DNA of 64,000 bases, taken from the NCBI GenBank assembly GCA_964590595.1, contig CAZPXQ010000003.1, positions 71,357 through 135,356 of the forward strand, given 5' to 3'. The position numbers and the translations under genes were made by a program. Of the stretch, positions 33,797 to 43,109 are shown one piece after another. Below the pieces are notes generated by a model. The model was not told the DNA's origin, searched no databases, and saw only the letters and a list, made by a program, of their open reading frames with translations. Position 1 is the first letter of the stretch; each line of letters opens with the position of its first letter. The DNA is from an uncultured Sphingomonadales bacterium. GTDB lineage: Bacteria; Pseudomonadota; Alphaproteobacteria; Sphingomonadales; CAKZYD01.

Positions 33797-34505
33797 GCTG
33801 GCCCTGCTGTTGCCGGTGCTGGCCTTCGCGCTGCTGATCGGCTTGGGCACTTGGCAGCTTCAGCGCTTGGATGAAAAGCGCGAATTGCTGGCGCTGATGG
33901 CGCAGCGGCTAGACCAACCGCCGGTCCAATTGCCGACAGCGATCGACCAAGGCGACGCTGCGCAATGGTCCTATCGTCCAGCGCGGGCGACCGGGCGATT
34001 CCTGCATGATCATGAACGCTATGTCTATGCCATCGGGCCCGATCAGGCGCGGCCGGGCTATCATGTCTATACCCCGCTCCAACGCGCCGAGGGGCCGTTG
34101 TTGCTGGTCAATCGCGGTTGGGTGCCGGCGTCATTGCGCGATCCGGCCTTGCGCCGGGACGGCCAGGTCGAGGGAGTGGTGACGGTGGCCGGCTTGGCCC
34201 GCGTCGACCGCCAGCCCAACGCCTTCACGCCGCCCGATGAGCCGGCCCGGCATGTGTATTACGCGCCGCGCGTCGATGTGCTGGCCGCCGGCCTTGATGC
34301 GCCAGTGCTGCCGGTAATGCTGGAAGCCGACCGAACCCCCAATCCTGGTGGCTGGCCGCAAGGCGGAGTAACGCGGGTGGATATCCCCAACAATCATCTA
34401 CAATATGCGTTCACTTGGTATGGCCTGGCGGCGGTGATGGCGATCATCGTGCTGCTGATGTGGCGGCGCACACAGGCAGTTGCGCGGCCATCACGCGATC
34501 AGTAG
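33786..34505 (+). CDS. SURF1-family cytochrome oxidase assembly protein
   Basis: LGTWQLQRL..K, VNRGWVP, NNHLQYAFTWY. Confidence 0.93.
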   Translation: MMFRLALLLPVLAFALLIGLGTWQLQRLDEKRELLALMAQRLDQPPVQLPTAIDQGDAAQWSYRPARATGRFLHDHERYVYAIGPDQARPGYHVYTPLQRAEGPLLLVNRGWVPASLRDPALRRDGQVEGVVTVAGLARVDRQPNAFTPPDEPARHVYYAPRVDVLAAGLDAPVLPVMLEADRTPNPGGWPQGGVTRVDIPNNHLQYAFTWYGLAAVMAIIVLLMWRRTQAVARPSRDQ

Positions 34506-34553
34506 AGTGCGCGCTTTCGCGAACCCAGACAAACACACAGGAGCAGCCTGAGC

Positions 34554-35948
34554 GTGCAATATCTCTCGACACGGGGGCAAGCGCCCGCGACCGATTTTGC
34601 CGGCGCCACCATGGCCGGGCTGGCGCCCGATGGCGGCCTGTATGTGCCGGCAAGCTGGCCGCAATTGAGCGCTGAAACGATACGTGGTCTGCGCGGACGC
34701 GGCTATGATGATTTCGCCTATCAGGTGATAGCACCGTTCATTGCGGGTGCGATCGACGATGCCACCTTAAAGGCGTTGATCAAACGCGCCTATGAGGTGT
34801 TTCACCATAGCGCCATCGCGCCCTTGTCGCAGCTTGACGCGCGGCATTGGGTGCTGGAACTCTATCATGGCCCCACCCTGGCGTTTAAGGATTTCGCGCT
34901 GCAGCTTCTGGGCCATGTGTTCGAACATCTGCTGGCCCAATCCGGGGCGAAACTGACCATTGTCGGCGCCACGTCCGGTGATACCGGTTCGGCCGCCATC
35001 AATGCCATCGCCGGGCGCGACGGCATCGAGATTTTCATGCTGCATCCCGAAGGCAGGGTGTCTGAGGTGCAGCGCCGGCAAATGACCACGGTGATGGCGC
35101 CCAATGTTCACAATATCGCCATCGCCGGCACGTTCGACGATTGTCAGGCGCTGGTGAAGGCGTTGTTCGCCGATCCGGTGTTTCGTGATGAAGTCGCGCT
35201 GTCTGCGGTCAATTCCATCAATTGGGCGCGGGTGATGGCGCAGGTGGTGTATTATTTCTACGCCGCCGTGCAATTGGGCGCGCCGGACCGGGCGATGGCG
35301 TTTTCGGTGCCGACCGGCAATTTCGGTGATGTGTTCGCGGGCTATGTCGCGGCCCGGATGGGGCTGCCGATCTCGCGCCTGATCATCGCCACCAATGTTA
35401 ACGACATCATGACGCGGGCGTTGGAAAGCGGCGATTATTCGGTAGGCGAGGTGCATGCCACCATGTCGCCGTCGATGGACATTCAGGTGGCATCGAATTT
35501 CGAGCGGCTGTTGTTCGATCTCTATGACCGCGACGGCGTGGCGCTGAACCGGCTGATGGCGCAATTCCAGCAAAGCCGGGCGCTTCATATTCCGACCGAG
35601 CGGCTGGCGCGGGCACAGGACTTGTTCACCGCCTGTCGCGCTGACGAGGCCGACACTGCCAACACCATGCGCCGGGTGCATGAACAAACCGGCCGATTGA
35701 TCGACCCCCATACCGCCGTTGGTGTGGCTGCCGCCTATCGCCGCGCGCCGGACGAGCCATGCCCGGTGATCACGCTGTCCACCGCGCATCCGGCCAAATT
35801 CCGCGATGCGGTCGAGCGGGCGACCGGCCAGCGGCCTAGCCTGCCGGCTTATGTCGGCGATCTGTTCAGCCGCGAGGAACGTTGCGTTTCGCTGGACAAT
35901 GACCTGGCTGGGCTGAAGGCGCATATCCGCGGCCGTCTCGGCCAATGA
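34554..35948 (+). CDS. thrC: Threonine synthase
   Basis: YLSTRG, GLAPDGGLYVP, HGPTLAFKD, ATSGDTGS, PTGNFG. Confidence 0.97.
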   Translation: MQYLSTRGQAPATDFAGATMAGLAPDGGLYVPASWPQLSAETIRGLRGRGYDDFAYQVIAPFIAGAIDDATLKALIKRAYEVFHHSAIAPLSQLDARHWVLELYHGPTLAFKDFALQLLGHVFEHLLAQSGAKLTIVGATSGDTGSAAINAIAGRDGIEIFMLHPEGRVSEVQRRQMTTVMAPNVHNIAIAGTFDDCQALVKALFADPVFRDEVALSAVNSINWARVMAQVVYYFYAAVQLGAPDRAMAFSVPTGNFGDVFAGYVAARMGLPISRLIIATNVNDIMTRALESGDYSVGEVHATMSPSMDIQVASNFERLLFDLYDRDGVALNRLMAQFQQSRALHIPTERLARAQDLFTACRADEADTANTMRRVHEQTGRLIDPHTAVGVAAAYRRAPDEPCPVITLSTAHPAKFRDAVERATGQRPSLPAYVGDLFSREERCVSLDNDLAGLKAHIRGRLGQ

Positions 35949-37201
35949 TGGCGCGGGTCACCACGCTGGCAAATGGCTTGCGGATCGCCAGCCAGGCGAT
36001 GCCGGCATTGGAAACGGCGGCGGTGGGGGTGTTTATCAATGTCGGCAGTCGCCATGAACCGGCGTCGCAGGCCGGCATCGCCCATGTCGTCGAACATATG
36101 GTGTTCAAGGGCACCAAGCGGCGCAGCGCCCGCGCCATCGCCGAACAGATCGAGGACGCCGGCGGTCAGCTCAACGCCTATACCACCCGCGAGTCCACGT
36201 GTTTTCATGCCCGCATTCTGGCCCAGGACATGCCATTGGCCGTCGACCTGCTGGCCGACCTGGTGACCCAGGCCAGTTTCGACGAAACTGAACTGGCCCG
36301 CGAACGCGAGGTGATCTTGCAGGAAATCGGGCAGGTACACGATACGCCCGATGATTATGTGTTCGACGAATTGCAGGCCGCCGCCTTTGCCGATCAGCCG
36401 CTGGGCCGCAGCATTTTGGGCACGCCGGCCAGCGTGCGTGCATTGAGCCAAGCTGATCTGCAAGCCTATCGCCAGCGCTTTTATCAGGCCCAGGATGTGG
36501 TGGTGGCCGCCGCTGGCAAGGTCGATCATGATGCCTTGTTGCGTTTGTGCGAAACTGCCTTCGCGGGACTGGGCGCCGCGCGGGTGCCGACGCCGGAACC
36601 CGCGCGCTATCATGGCGGCGCGAGCCATCAGGACCGGACCTTGGAACAGGTGCATCTGGCCTTTGGCTTGCCGGGCTTTGCCTATCATGACCCGGATATT
36701 TATGCCCTGCAGGTCTATTCCATGGTGCTTGGTGGCGGCATGTCGTCGCGCCTGTTTCAGGAGGTGCGGGAAGAACACGGCCTGGCTTATGCGATCTTCA
36801 GCGACGCGACGGCGCATCATGATTGCGGCTTGTTCAGCATTTATGCCGGTACCGGCGCTGATGAGGCGGCCAAGGCGGTGGCGCTCATCGGCGCCGCGGT
36901 GCAGCGAATGACCGAGCCGGTGGCCGAGGCGGAACTCAACCGTGCGCGCGCGCAATTGAAGGCCGGACTGTTCATGGGTCTGGAAAGCCCTGCCGCCTTA
37001 AGCGAGCAGCTTGGCCGTCATCTGCTGATCTTCGGCCGGGTGATCGGGCCGGACGAATTGGTGGCGCGGATCGACGCTGTCGATCAAGCGGCGGTGATGC
37101 GGGTTGGTCGGCGGCTGCTGGAAGGCCCGCTCAGCCAAGCGGTGATCGGCGCCGCCGGCGCGCTCGATCAGGGTGCCGCCGCGCGCCATTTCGGCCAGTA
37201 A
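35945..37201 (+). CDS. M16 (pitrilysin/MPP-like) zinc peptidase
   Basis: Inverted zinc motif HVVEH, NAYTTRE, GGGMSSRLFQEVRE. Confidence 0.93.
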   Translation: MMARVTTLANGLRIASQAMPALETAAVGVFINVGSRHEPASQAGIAHVVEHMVFKGTKRRSARAIAEQIEDAGGQLNAYTTRESTCFHARILAQDMPLAVDLLADLVTQASFDETELAREREVILQEIGQVHDTPDDYVFDELQAAAFADQPLGRSILGTPASVRALSQADLQAYRQRFYQAQDVVVAAAGKVDHDALLRLCETAFAGLGAARVPTPEPARYHGGASHQDRTLEQVHLAFGLPGFAYHDPDIYALQVYSMVLGGGMSSRLFQEVREEHGLAYAIFSDATAHHDCGLFSIYAGTGADEAAKAVALIGAAVQRMTEPVAEAELNRARAQLKAGLFMGLESPAALSEQLGRHLLIFGRVIGPDELVARIDAVDQAAVMRVGRRLLEGPLSQAVIGAAGALDQGAAARHFGQ

Positions 37202-37209
37202 AACAGGCT

Positions 37210-37818
37210 TTATTTCTTGCCGATCCGGGGTTCGGTGCCGTTGAGCAGGCGGCGGATATTGCCGCGATGCCGCCAGACCATGAAAACGGCGATCACGGCG
37301 GCGGGGCCAACCAGCGCCTTATGCCCCAGCGCGATCATCACCAATGGCGCGGCGGCGGCGATGGCCAAAGCCGCCAGCGACGAGTAATGGCCAACGGCGG
37401 CGAACACCAGCCAAACCGTTGCCAGCGTTGCGCCCGCCACCCAAGACCAAGCGGCGAACACGCCAAGCGCCGTGGCAACGCCCTTGCCACCCTTGAAGCC
37501 CAGCCAAACCGGATATAAATGGCCGAAAAAGGCGCCCAGGCCGGCGACCACCGCCAACTTCTCGCCGCCCAAGATCATGCCGACGCCCACAGCCGCCGCG
37601 CCCTTGCCGATATCCAGCAGCAAGGTGACGGCGGCCAGGCTTTTCTTGCCCGTGCGCAGCACATTGGTGGCGCCGATATTGCCGGACCCGATTTGCCGCA
37701 GATCGCCAAGGCCGGCCAGCCGCGTCAGCACCAGGCCAAAGGGCACGCTGCCAAGCACATAGCCAAGCAGCGCTGCGATGCCGGTGGCGAAGGCGGCATG
37801 TGAAACGATGTCCTGCAT
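37210..37818 (-). CDS. plsY: Glycerol-3-phosphate acyltransferase PlsY
   Basis: [29 protein letters not shown]. Confidence 0.96.
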   Translation of the reverse strand: MQDIVSHAAFATGIAALLGYVLGSVPFGLVLTRLAGLGDLRQIGSGNIGATNVLRTGKKSLAAVTLLLDIGKGAAAVGVGMILGGEKLAVVAGLGAFFGHLYPVWLGFKGGKGVATALGVFAAWSWVAGATLATVWLVFAAVGHYSSLAALAIAAAAPLVMIALGHKALVGPAAVIAVFMVWRHRGNIRRLLNGTEPRIGKK

Positions 37819-37824
37819 GGCCGC

Positions 37825-39072
37825 CTACTCCCGAACGAAGCTGTCATAGCCGTCGCACAAAGTCCGCACCACGCGGCCTTGCATCGGCATGCCGTCAAAA
37901 GGCGAATTCTTGGCGGCGCTTTTCAGGGCGCTGGCATCGAACCGCCAGGTGATGTCGGGGTCGAACAACACCAGATCCGCCGGCGCGCCCACCGCCAGCC
38001 GGGCTTCCGGCAGGCCAAGCAGGGCCGCGGGCTGTGAGGTCAAGGTCGCGATCAGGCGCGGCAGGCTCATGGCGCCGTCATGATAAAGCCGCAGCGCCAT
38101 GGGCAGCAGGGTTTCATGGCCAACCATGCCGGGTTCGGCCTGGGCGAAGGGCAGGCGCTTGTCTTCCTCGGTGCGGGGGTCGTGGCCAGAGCAGATGACG
38201 TCAATGGTACCGTCGGCTATGCCCGCGCAGACGGCGCGACGGTCTTCTTCACCACGCAAGGGTGGCGACAGTTTGGCGAAGGTGCGGTAATCGCTGATCG
38301 CCAGTTCGTTCAAAATGAAATGCGCTGGGGTGACACCGCAACTGACGGGCAAGCCGCGCTTTTTCGCGTCTCGGATCAAGGCCACGCTTTCCGCCGTGGT
38401 TACCTGGGCGACGTGATAGCGCGCACCAGTGGCCGCGACCAGCCGCAGGTCGCGGGCGATGATCAGGGACTCGGCAAAGGCCGGCGCCGCCGGCAGGCCT
38501 AGGCGCGTCGCCAATTCGCTGTCAGTGGCGCTGGCGCCAGCGACAAGGCCGGGGTCTTCGGCATGCTGGATAATCAGGGCGTCGAAGGCGGTGGCATAGG
38601 TCAACAGGCGCAGCATTACCGTGCTGTCGGCAATGGCGCGGCGGCCATCGGTGAAGGCGGCGGCGCCACCCGCTTGCATCAGCCCCAGTTCGGCGATTTC
38701 ATCACCGGCCAGGTTCTTGGTCGCGGCGCCCAATGGCCGCACCCGCACGAACAGATCGTCGCGGCCCATGCGCAGCACATAGTCGACCATCGCGGGCGTA
38801 TCCACCGGTTGCGGCAAATTCGGTGCCAGGGCGATGGTTGTCACGCCGCCGGCGGCGGCCGCGGCGCCGTCCAGCGCGAAACAGCGCATGTCGATAAAGC
38901 CCGGGCACAGCACCAGACCCTTGGCGTCGATCTGCTGCGCGGCGGCGGGAATGTCGATGGCCGGACCCAAGGCGGCGATCTGGCGGTTTTCCACCAGCAA
39001 ATCGCCGATTTCATCGCGGCCGCTGGCGGGATCGATCAGGCGCGCGGCCTTAAAGGCGATGGGCGGCATCAT
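37825..39072 (-). CDS. pyrC: Dihydroorotase-like protein, probably catalytically inactive (PyrC')
   Basis: Amidohydrolase fold (KLSPPLR, KNSPFDG) but DMRCFA replaces the DxHxH metal motif. Confidence 0.85.
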   Translation of the reverse strand: MMPPIAFKAARLIDPASGRDEIGDLLVENRQIAALGPAIDIPAAAQQIDAKGLVLCPGFIDMRCFALDGAAAAAGGVTTIALAPNLPQPVDTPAMVDYVLRMGRDDLFVRVRPLGAATKNLAGDEIAELGLMQAGGAAAFTDGRRAIADSTVMLRLLTYATAFDALIIQHAEDPGLVAGASATDSELATRLGLPAAPAFAESLIIARDLRLVAATGARYHVAQVTTAESVALIRDAKKRGLPVSCGVTPAHFILNELAISDYRTFAKLSPPLRGEEDRRAVCAGIADGTIDVICSGHDPRTEEDKRLPFAQAEPGMVGHETLLPMALRLYHDGAMSLPRLIATLTSQPAALLGLPEARLAVGAPADLVLFDPDITWRFDASALKSAAKNSPFDGMPMQGRVVRTLCDGYDSFVRE

Positions 39073-40067
39073 GCGGCCGGCCTCCGTGCGCGCAATGGCC
39101 GGGTCAATACATCCAGACAGGCCATCCGCACCGCCACCCCCATCGACACCTGCTGATAGATCAGCGACCGGCTGATGTCGTCGGCGATCGGCGTATCGAT
39201 TTCGACACCACGGTTCATCGGCCCGGGATGCATGATCAGCGCATCGGGCTTGGCGCGCGCCAGCTTGGCTTCGCTAAGGCCGTAAAAATGGAAATATTCC
39301 TTTACCGACGGCAAATAGGCGCCGGCCATGCGTTCGCGCTGCAGGCGCAGCATCATCACGATATCGGCGCCTTCCAGTCCCTTGTTCATGTCGGTAAAAA
39401 GCTGCGCGCCCATGCGTTCGATGCCGGTGCCGGCCAAGGTTGGCGGGGCGACCAGGCGTACCTGTGCGCCCAGGGCGCTGAGCAGGTGAATGTTGGAGCG
39501 GGCCACCCGGCTGTGCAGGATATCGCCGCAAATCGCCACGACCAGGCCTGCAATGCGGCCCTTGTGCAAACGGATGGTCAGCGCGTCCAACAAAGCTTGG
39601 GTCGGATGTTCATGGCGCCCGTCGCCAGCATTGATGACCGCACAGTCCATCTTTTCGGCCAGCAATTTGACCGCGCCGGCATCGCCATGGCGCACCACCA
39701 ACACATCGGGCCGCATCGCGTTCAGGGTCATCGCGGTATCGAGCAGGGTTTCGCCCTTTTTGATCGACGAATTGCCGACCGGCATGGCGATGGTGTCGGC
39801 GCCCAGGCGTTTGCCGGCGATTTCAAACGACATCAAGGTTCGGGTTGAGGTTTCGAAAAACAGATTAATCTGGGTCAGCCCCTTCAGCAGCGGTGCTGAT
39901 TTCAGGCCACCATTGCCGGGTTCGATCCAGCGCTCCGCTTCATCCAGCAAAAAGCTGATTTCCAGCGGGTTCAAACCTTCGATGCCCAATAAATGCGGGT
40001 GGGGGTAGCCCTCAAGCGGGGCTGACGGGCGCGTCGCGCCAGCGGATGCATGATCGTCTGTGTTCAT
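39069..40067 (-). CDS. pyrB: Aspartate carbamoyltransferase catalytic subunit
   Basis: [38 protein letters not shown]. Confidence 0.96.
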   Translation of the reverse strand: MNTDDHASAGATRPSAPLEGYPHPHLLGIEGLNPLEISFLLDEAERWIEPGNGGLKSAPLLKGLTQINLFFETSTRTLMSFEIAGKRLGADTIAMPVGNSSIKKGETLLDTAMTLNAMRPDVLVVRHGDAGAVKLLAEKMDCAVINAGDGRHEHPTQALLDALTIRLHKGRIAGLVVAICGDILHSRVARSNIHLLSALGAQVRLVAPPTLAGTGIERMGAQLFTDMNKGLEGADIVMMLRLQRERMAGAYLPSVKEYFHFYGLSEAKLARAKPDALIMHPGPMNRGVEIDTPIADDISRSLIYQQVSMGVAVRMACLDVLTRPLRARRPAA

Positions 40068-40077
40068 TAAAGCAAGG

Positions 40078-40106
40078 CCTATAGCCCGCTTCTGGGTTCC
40101 AGGCAA
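40078..40106 (-). promoter_or_regulatory. Putative sigma70 promoter for pyrB
   Basis: TTGCCT-N17-TATAGG (GCTATA context) just upstream of the pyrB start. Confidence 0.5.
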
Positions 40107-40116
40107 GGCCCCAGGG

Positions 40117-40584
40117 CTATAACCGGCGCATCCGGTCCAAGGCGCCTTGCAAAATATAGGCGGCGGCCATTTTATCTACCAATTCGGCGCGGCGGGCGCG
40201 GCTGCGGTCGGCGTCGATCAGGGTGCGGGTGACGGCGGCGGTGGACAGCCGTTCATCCCAATAGCCGATGGCAAGGTCGGTCAAGGCCGTCAGATTGCGG
40301 GCAAAAGCGCGAGTCGATTGCGCACGCGGGCCTTCGCTGCCGTCCATGTTGCGAGGCAAGCCCAGAACAAAGCCAATGACGCCATGTTGCCGCGCCGCAT
40401 CAAGCAATTGCGCCGCATCGAGGCTGAATTTTTGCCGTTTCAAAGTCGTCAAAGGCGAGGCGATCTGGCGACCGTCGTCCGACAAGGCGAGGCCAATGGT
40501 TTTGCTGCCCAAGTCCAGGCCAAGCAGTCGTCCTCTTGGCGGCAATGCCGCGTTGAACGCCGCGATGTCTTCAATGATCGCCAC
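40117..40584 (-). CDS. ruvX: RuvX/YqgF pre-16S rRNA nuclease
   Basis: [40 protein letters not shown]; GTG start after GGGAGG. Confidence 0.95.
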   Translation of the reverse strand: MAIIEDIAAFNAALPPRGRLLGLDLGSKTIGLALSDDGRQIASPLTTLKRQKFSLDAAQLLDAARQHGVIGFVLGLPRNMDGSEGPRAQSTRAFARNLTALTDLAIGYWDERLSTAAVTRTLIDADRSRARRAELVDKMAAAYILQGALDRMRRL

Positions 40585-40682
40585 AACAGCCCTCCCATCG
40601 GCGCCCAGGCGCCGGCAGTTTGAGAAGGCCTGTATCGGCTTGGCGCCGAAATGGCCAGCGCCAATAATTGCCTGGCGTCGGT

Positions 40683-41840
40683 TTAAGACGCCTTCGGCAT
40701 CTGCCGTTCCTTGCAAATCTCGACAAAGGGGCGCCGCAATCCCGCCGCTTCCAAACGCGGAAAGACATCGCGAGTCATGCGGGCAACGCCTTCCAATGGG
40801 TCGGGCCAGTTGATCAGCACGCCGTCGACCCCGCAGCTAGCCAGCGATTTCAAGACATCGGCCACGGTGTCGGCATCGCCAGCGATGGGATAACCGCCGC
40901 CGGCGCCGACAATCTTGCTCATCACCTCAAATTGCGGAGTACCTTTTTTCACGCCGCTTTCATCGCTCAAGGTGCCAAGGAATTGGTCCATCGCTTCATT
41001 GTCGCGGAATTCCTGTGTGTAGTGGCGGTGGAAGTCCTTGGCCTCGGCGACGGTATCGCGCTGAATGACGGTGATATTGGAAAAAATTTGCAAATGGCGA
41101 TTGAAATGTTTGCGTGCATAACCGCGATAGTCATCGACTTGCGCTTTCCATTTTTCGGGCTCATTGCCAAGCAGGGAAATGAAGGCGATGTCGGCATGTT
41201 CGGCGGCAAAGGCGCGGCCGGCGGGCGACAGCCCCGCATTCATGATCGGAATCCGGGCCTGGACCGGCTGCGGCCGGCACAAGGCGCCGTGAATCTTGAA
41301 ATATTTGCCATCATGGTTGACTTCATCCGGCGATTCCCACAACGCGCGGACAACCGTCAGCCATTCCGCCAGATATTGATAGCGTTCGTCATGCTCCAGC
41401 AAGTCGATGTCAAACATCGCGAATTCGCGCCGATTCCAACCACCGACGATATTCATGGCAAAGCGGCCGCCCGACAACCGGTCGATGGACGCCGCCTGTT
41501 TGGCGATCAAAACCGGGTGCGCGGTGGGCGCGTTAAGGGTGGTGAACAAGGTGCTGTAACTGGTGACTTGTGTTAACGCGCCGGCCAAAATGAACGGGTC
41601 CATGACATAATTCAGCGGATGATCGGGCTGATTGTCCAAATAGCCTTTCCAGCGGGCAATCGGCACCAAGCCCTCAAAGCCAGCGGCATCAGCCATGCGG
41701 GCGACGCCCAGAATCTGTTCGATCGATGGAATTGGGATGTGTGGCGATATGGTTGGAATGGCGAAATTATTGATGCAGAACGCCGCGATCTTCAACTTGT
41801 TGTCATTGTAAAGCGCATTCGGCTTTTGACGGACTTCCAT
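40683..41840 (-). CDS. Luciferase-like (LLM) flavin-dependent monooxygenase, RutA/SfnG-like
   Basis: [56 protein letters not shown]; AGGAGG SD before ATG 41840. Confidence 0.88.
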   Translation of the reverse strand: MEVRQKPNALYNDNKLKIAAFCINNFAIPTISPHIPIPSIEQILGVARMADAAGFEGLVPIARWKGYLDNQPDHPLNYVMDPFILAGALTQVTSYSTLFTTLNAPTAHPVLIAKQAASIDRLSGGRFAMNIVGGWNRREFAMFDIDLLEHDERYQYLAEWLTVVRALWESPDEVNHDGKYFKIHGALCRPQPVQARIPIMNAGLSPAGRAFAAEHADIAFISLLGNEPEKWKAQVDDYRGYARKHFNRHLQIFSNITVIQRDTVAEAKDFHRHYTQEFRDNEAMDQFLGTLSDESGVKKGTPQFEVMSKIVGAGGGYPIAGDADTVADVLKSLASCGVDGVLINWPDPLEGVARMTRDVFPRLEAAGLRRPFVEICKERQMPKAS

Positions 41841-41868
41841 GTCGCCTCCTGTCCTGATGGTTTGGACT

Positions 41869-43008
41869 TTAAATCGCTGTCGCCAGCATATCGCGCGAGA
41901 CATCGTCCACCGACCGGACCCCGGAAAAGGCCAGGCTGAGGTCGATTTCGGTGCGAATGATGTCAAGCGCGGTTGAAACGCCGGCTTCGCCATCGGCGGC
42001 CAAGCCAAACAAATGCGCCCGGCCCAACAAGCATCCCTTAGCACCCAACGCCATGGCCTTGAGCACGTCCTGGCCGCTGCGCACGCCGCCATCCAGCAGC
42101 ACTTCGCCACGGCCATTCGCGGCTTCGACCACGCCCGGCAGGGCAGCGATGGTGGACTGGCCCTGGTCGAGGCAATTGCCCCCATGATTGGACACGCTCA
42201 CCGCATCGACGCCGGCATCGAAGGCGGCGCGGGTGTCGTCGGGATGCATGACGCCCTTCAAGATCAGCTTGCCTGGCCAGATTTCGCGCAGCCAGGCGAT
42301 ATAGGACCAGTCGACTTCATCTTCCAACAAGCCGAGAATCGTGCCCAGATCGGCGGTTTGCATGATTGGCTCAAAATTCCCCAATTTGATTGGCCCACCC
42401 AGCAAAGACGCGAGGGTCCAGCGTGGCGTGCGCGCTAATTCCAACAGCGACGACAAGGTCAGTTTTGGCGGCAGCGACGTGGTTCTATTGCGAATGAAAC
42501 GATTGGTGCGGCTGGCGGTGGGCCAGGTGACGGTCACGATGAGTACGGGGCAGCGATGATGCTGGGCGCGATCGACTAATGCTTGGACGACGCCACGGTC
42601 TTTGAGCGGACATAGCTGGAACCATAGTTTTTCGGTGCTGCCCAAAGCAGCCGCCACCTCATCCAGCGAAGCGATCGACATCATGCCCAGCGTAAAAGGA
42701 ATGCCGGCTTTCTGCGCTGCCCGAGCGGCGAGGATCTCAGCCTTGCTGCCGCGCAAGATGCCACTCATGCCGGTGGCGGAGATGGCGACGGGCATGGAAC
42801 AGTCTTGGCCAACCAATTGGGTCGCCAATTTACGGTTGGCGATATTGCGCGCCACCCGCTGCTGGAAGCGAAACTTAGCGAAATCATCGCAATTGGCGCG
42901 CAATGTTGCTTCCTCAAAGCCGGCGCCGTCGATGAAGTCGAAGACCGGCTTGGGCAGCTTGTGCTGCGCTTGCTTCCTCAGATCGGCAATGCTGGCGGCG
43001 GGTTGCAT
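41869..43008 (-). CDS. FMN-dependent oxidase of the alpha-hydroxy-acid oxidase fold, non-canonical active site
   Basis: LILKGV, SNHGG, DGGVRSG, GR FMN motifs; substrate-binding residues altered. Confidence 0.88.
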   Translation of the reverse strand: MQPAASIADLRKQAQHKLPKPVFDFIDGAGFEEATLRANCDDFAKFRFQQRVARNIANRKLATQLVGQDCSMPVAISATGMSGILRGSKAEILAARAAQKAGIPFTLGMMSIASLDEVAAALGSTEKLWFQLCPLKDRGVVQALVDRAQHHRCPVLIVTVTWPTASRTNRFIRNRTTSLPPKLTLSSLLELARTPRWTLASLLGGPIKLGNFEPIMQTADLGTILGLLEDEVDWSYIAWLREIWPGKLILKGVMHPDDTRAAFDAGVDAVSVSNHGGNCLDQGQSTIAALPGVVEAANGRGEVLLDGGVRSGQDVLKAMALGAKGCLLGRAHLFGLAADGEAGVSTALDIIRTEIDLSLAFSGVRSVDDVSRDMLATAI

Positions 43009-43039
43009 GGTTTTTTCCCAATCATGGTTGCGCTGAACG

Positions 43040-43091
43040 AAAAGGGCGCGGCTTGGCTGTTGCTGTCATTCAAAGCCGCACCGCGCCCCTT
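43040..43091 (-). terminator. Stem-loop downstream of the TonB-dependent receptor gene
   Basis: Minus strand GGGCGCGG...CCGCGCCC followed by TTTT. Confidence 0.5.
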
Positions 43092-43109
43092 GTTGTTTTT
43101 CGGTCCCGT

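Noticed and set aside
40683-42185. 500-aa LLM ORF overlapping the oxidase, suggesting a fusion or frameshift
   Set aside because: A strong AGGAGG precedes ATG 41840; the upstream extension is an off-frame read of the oxidase gene
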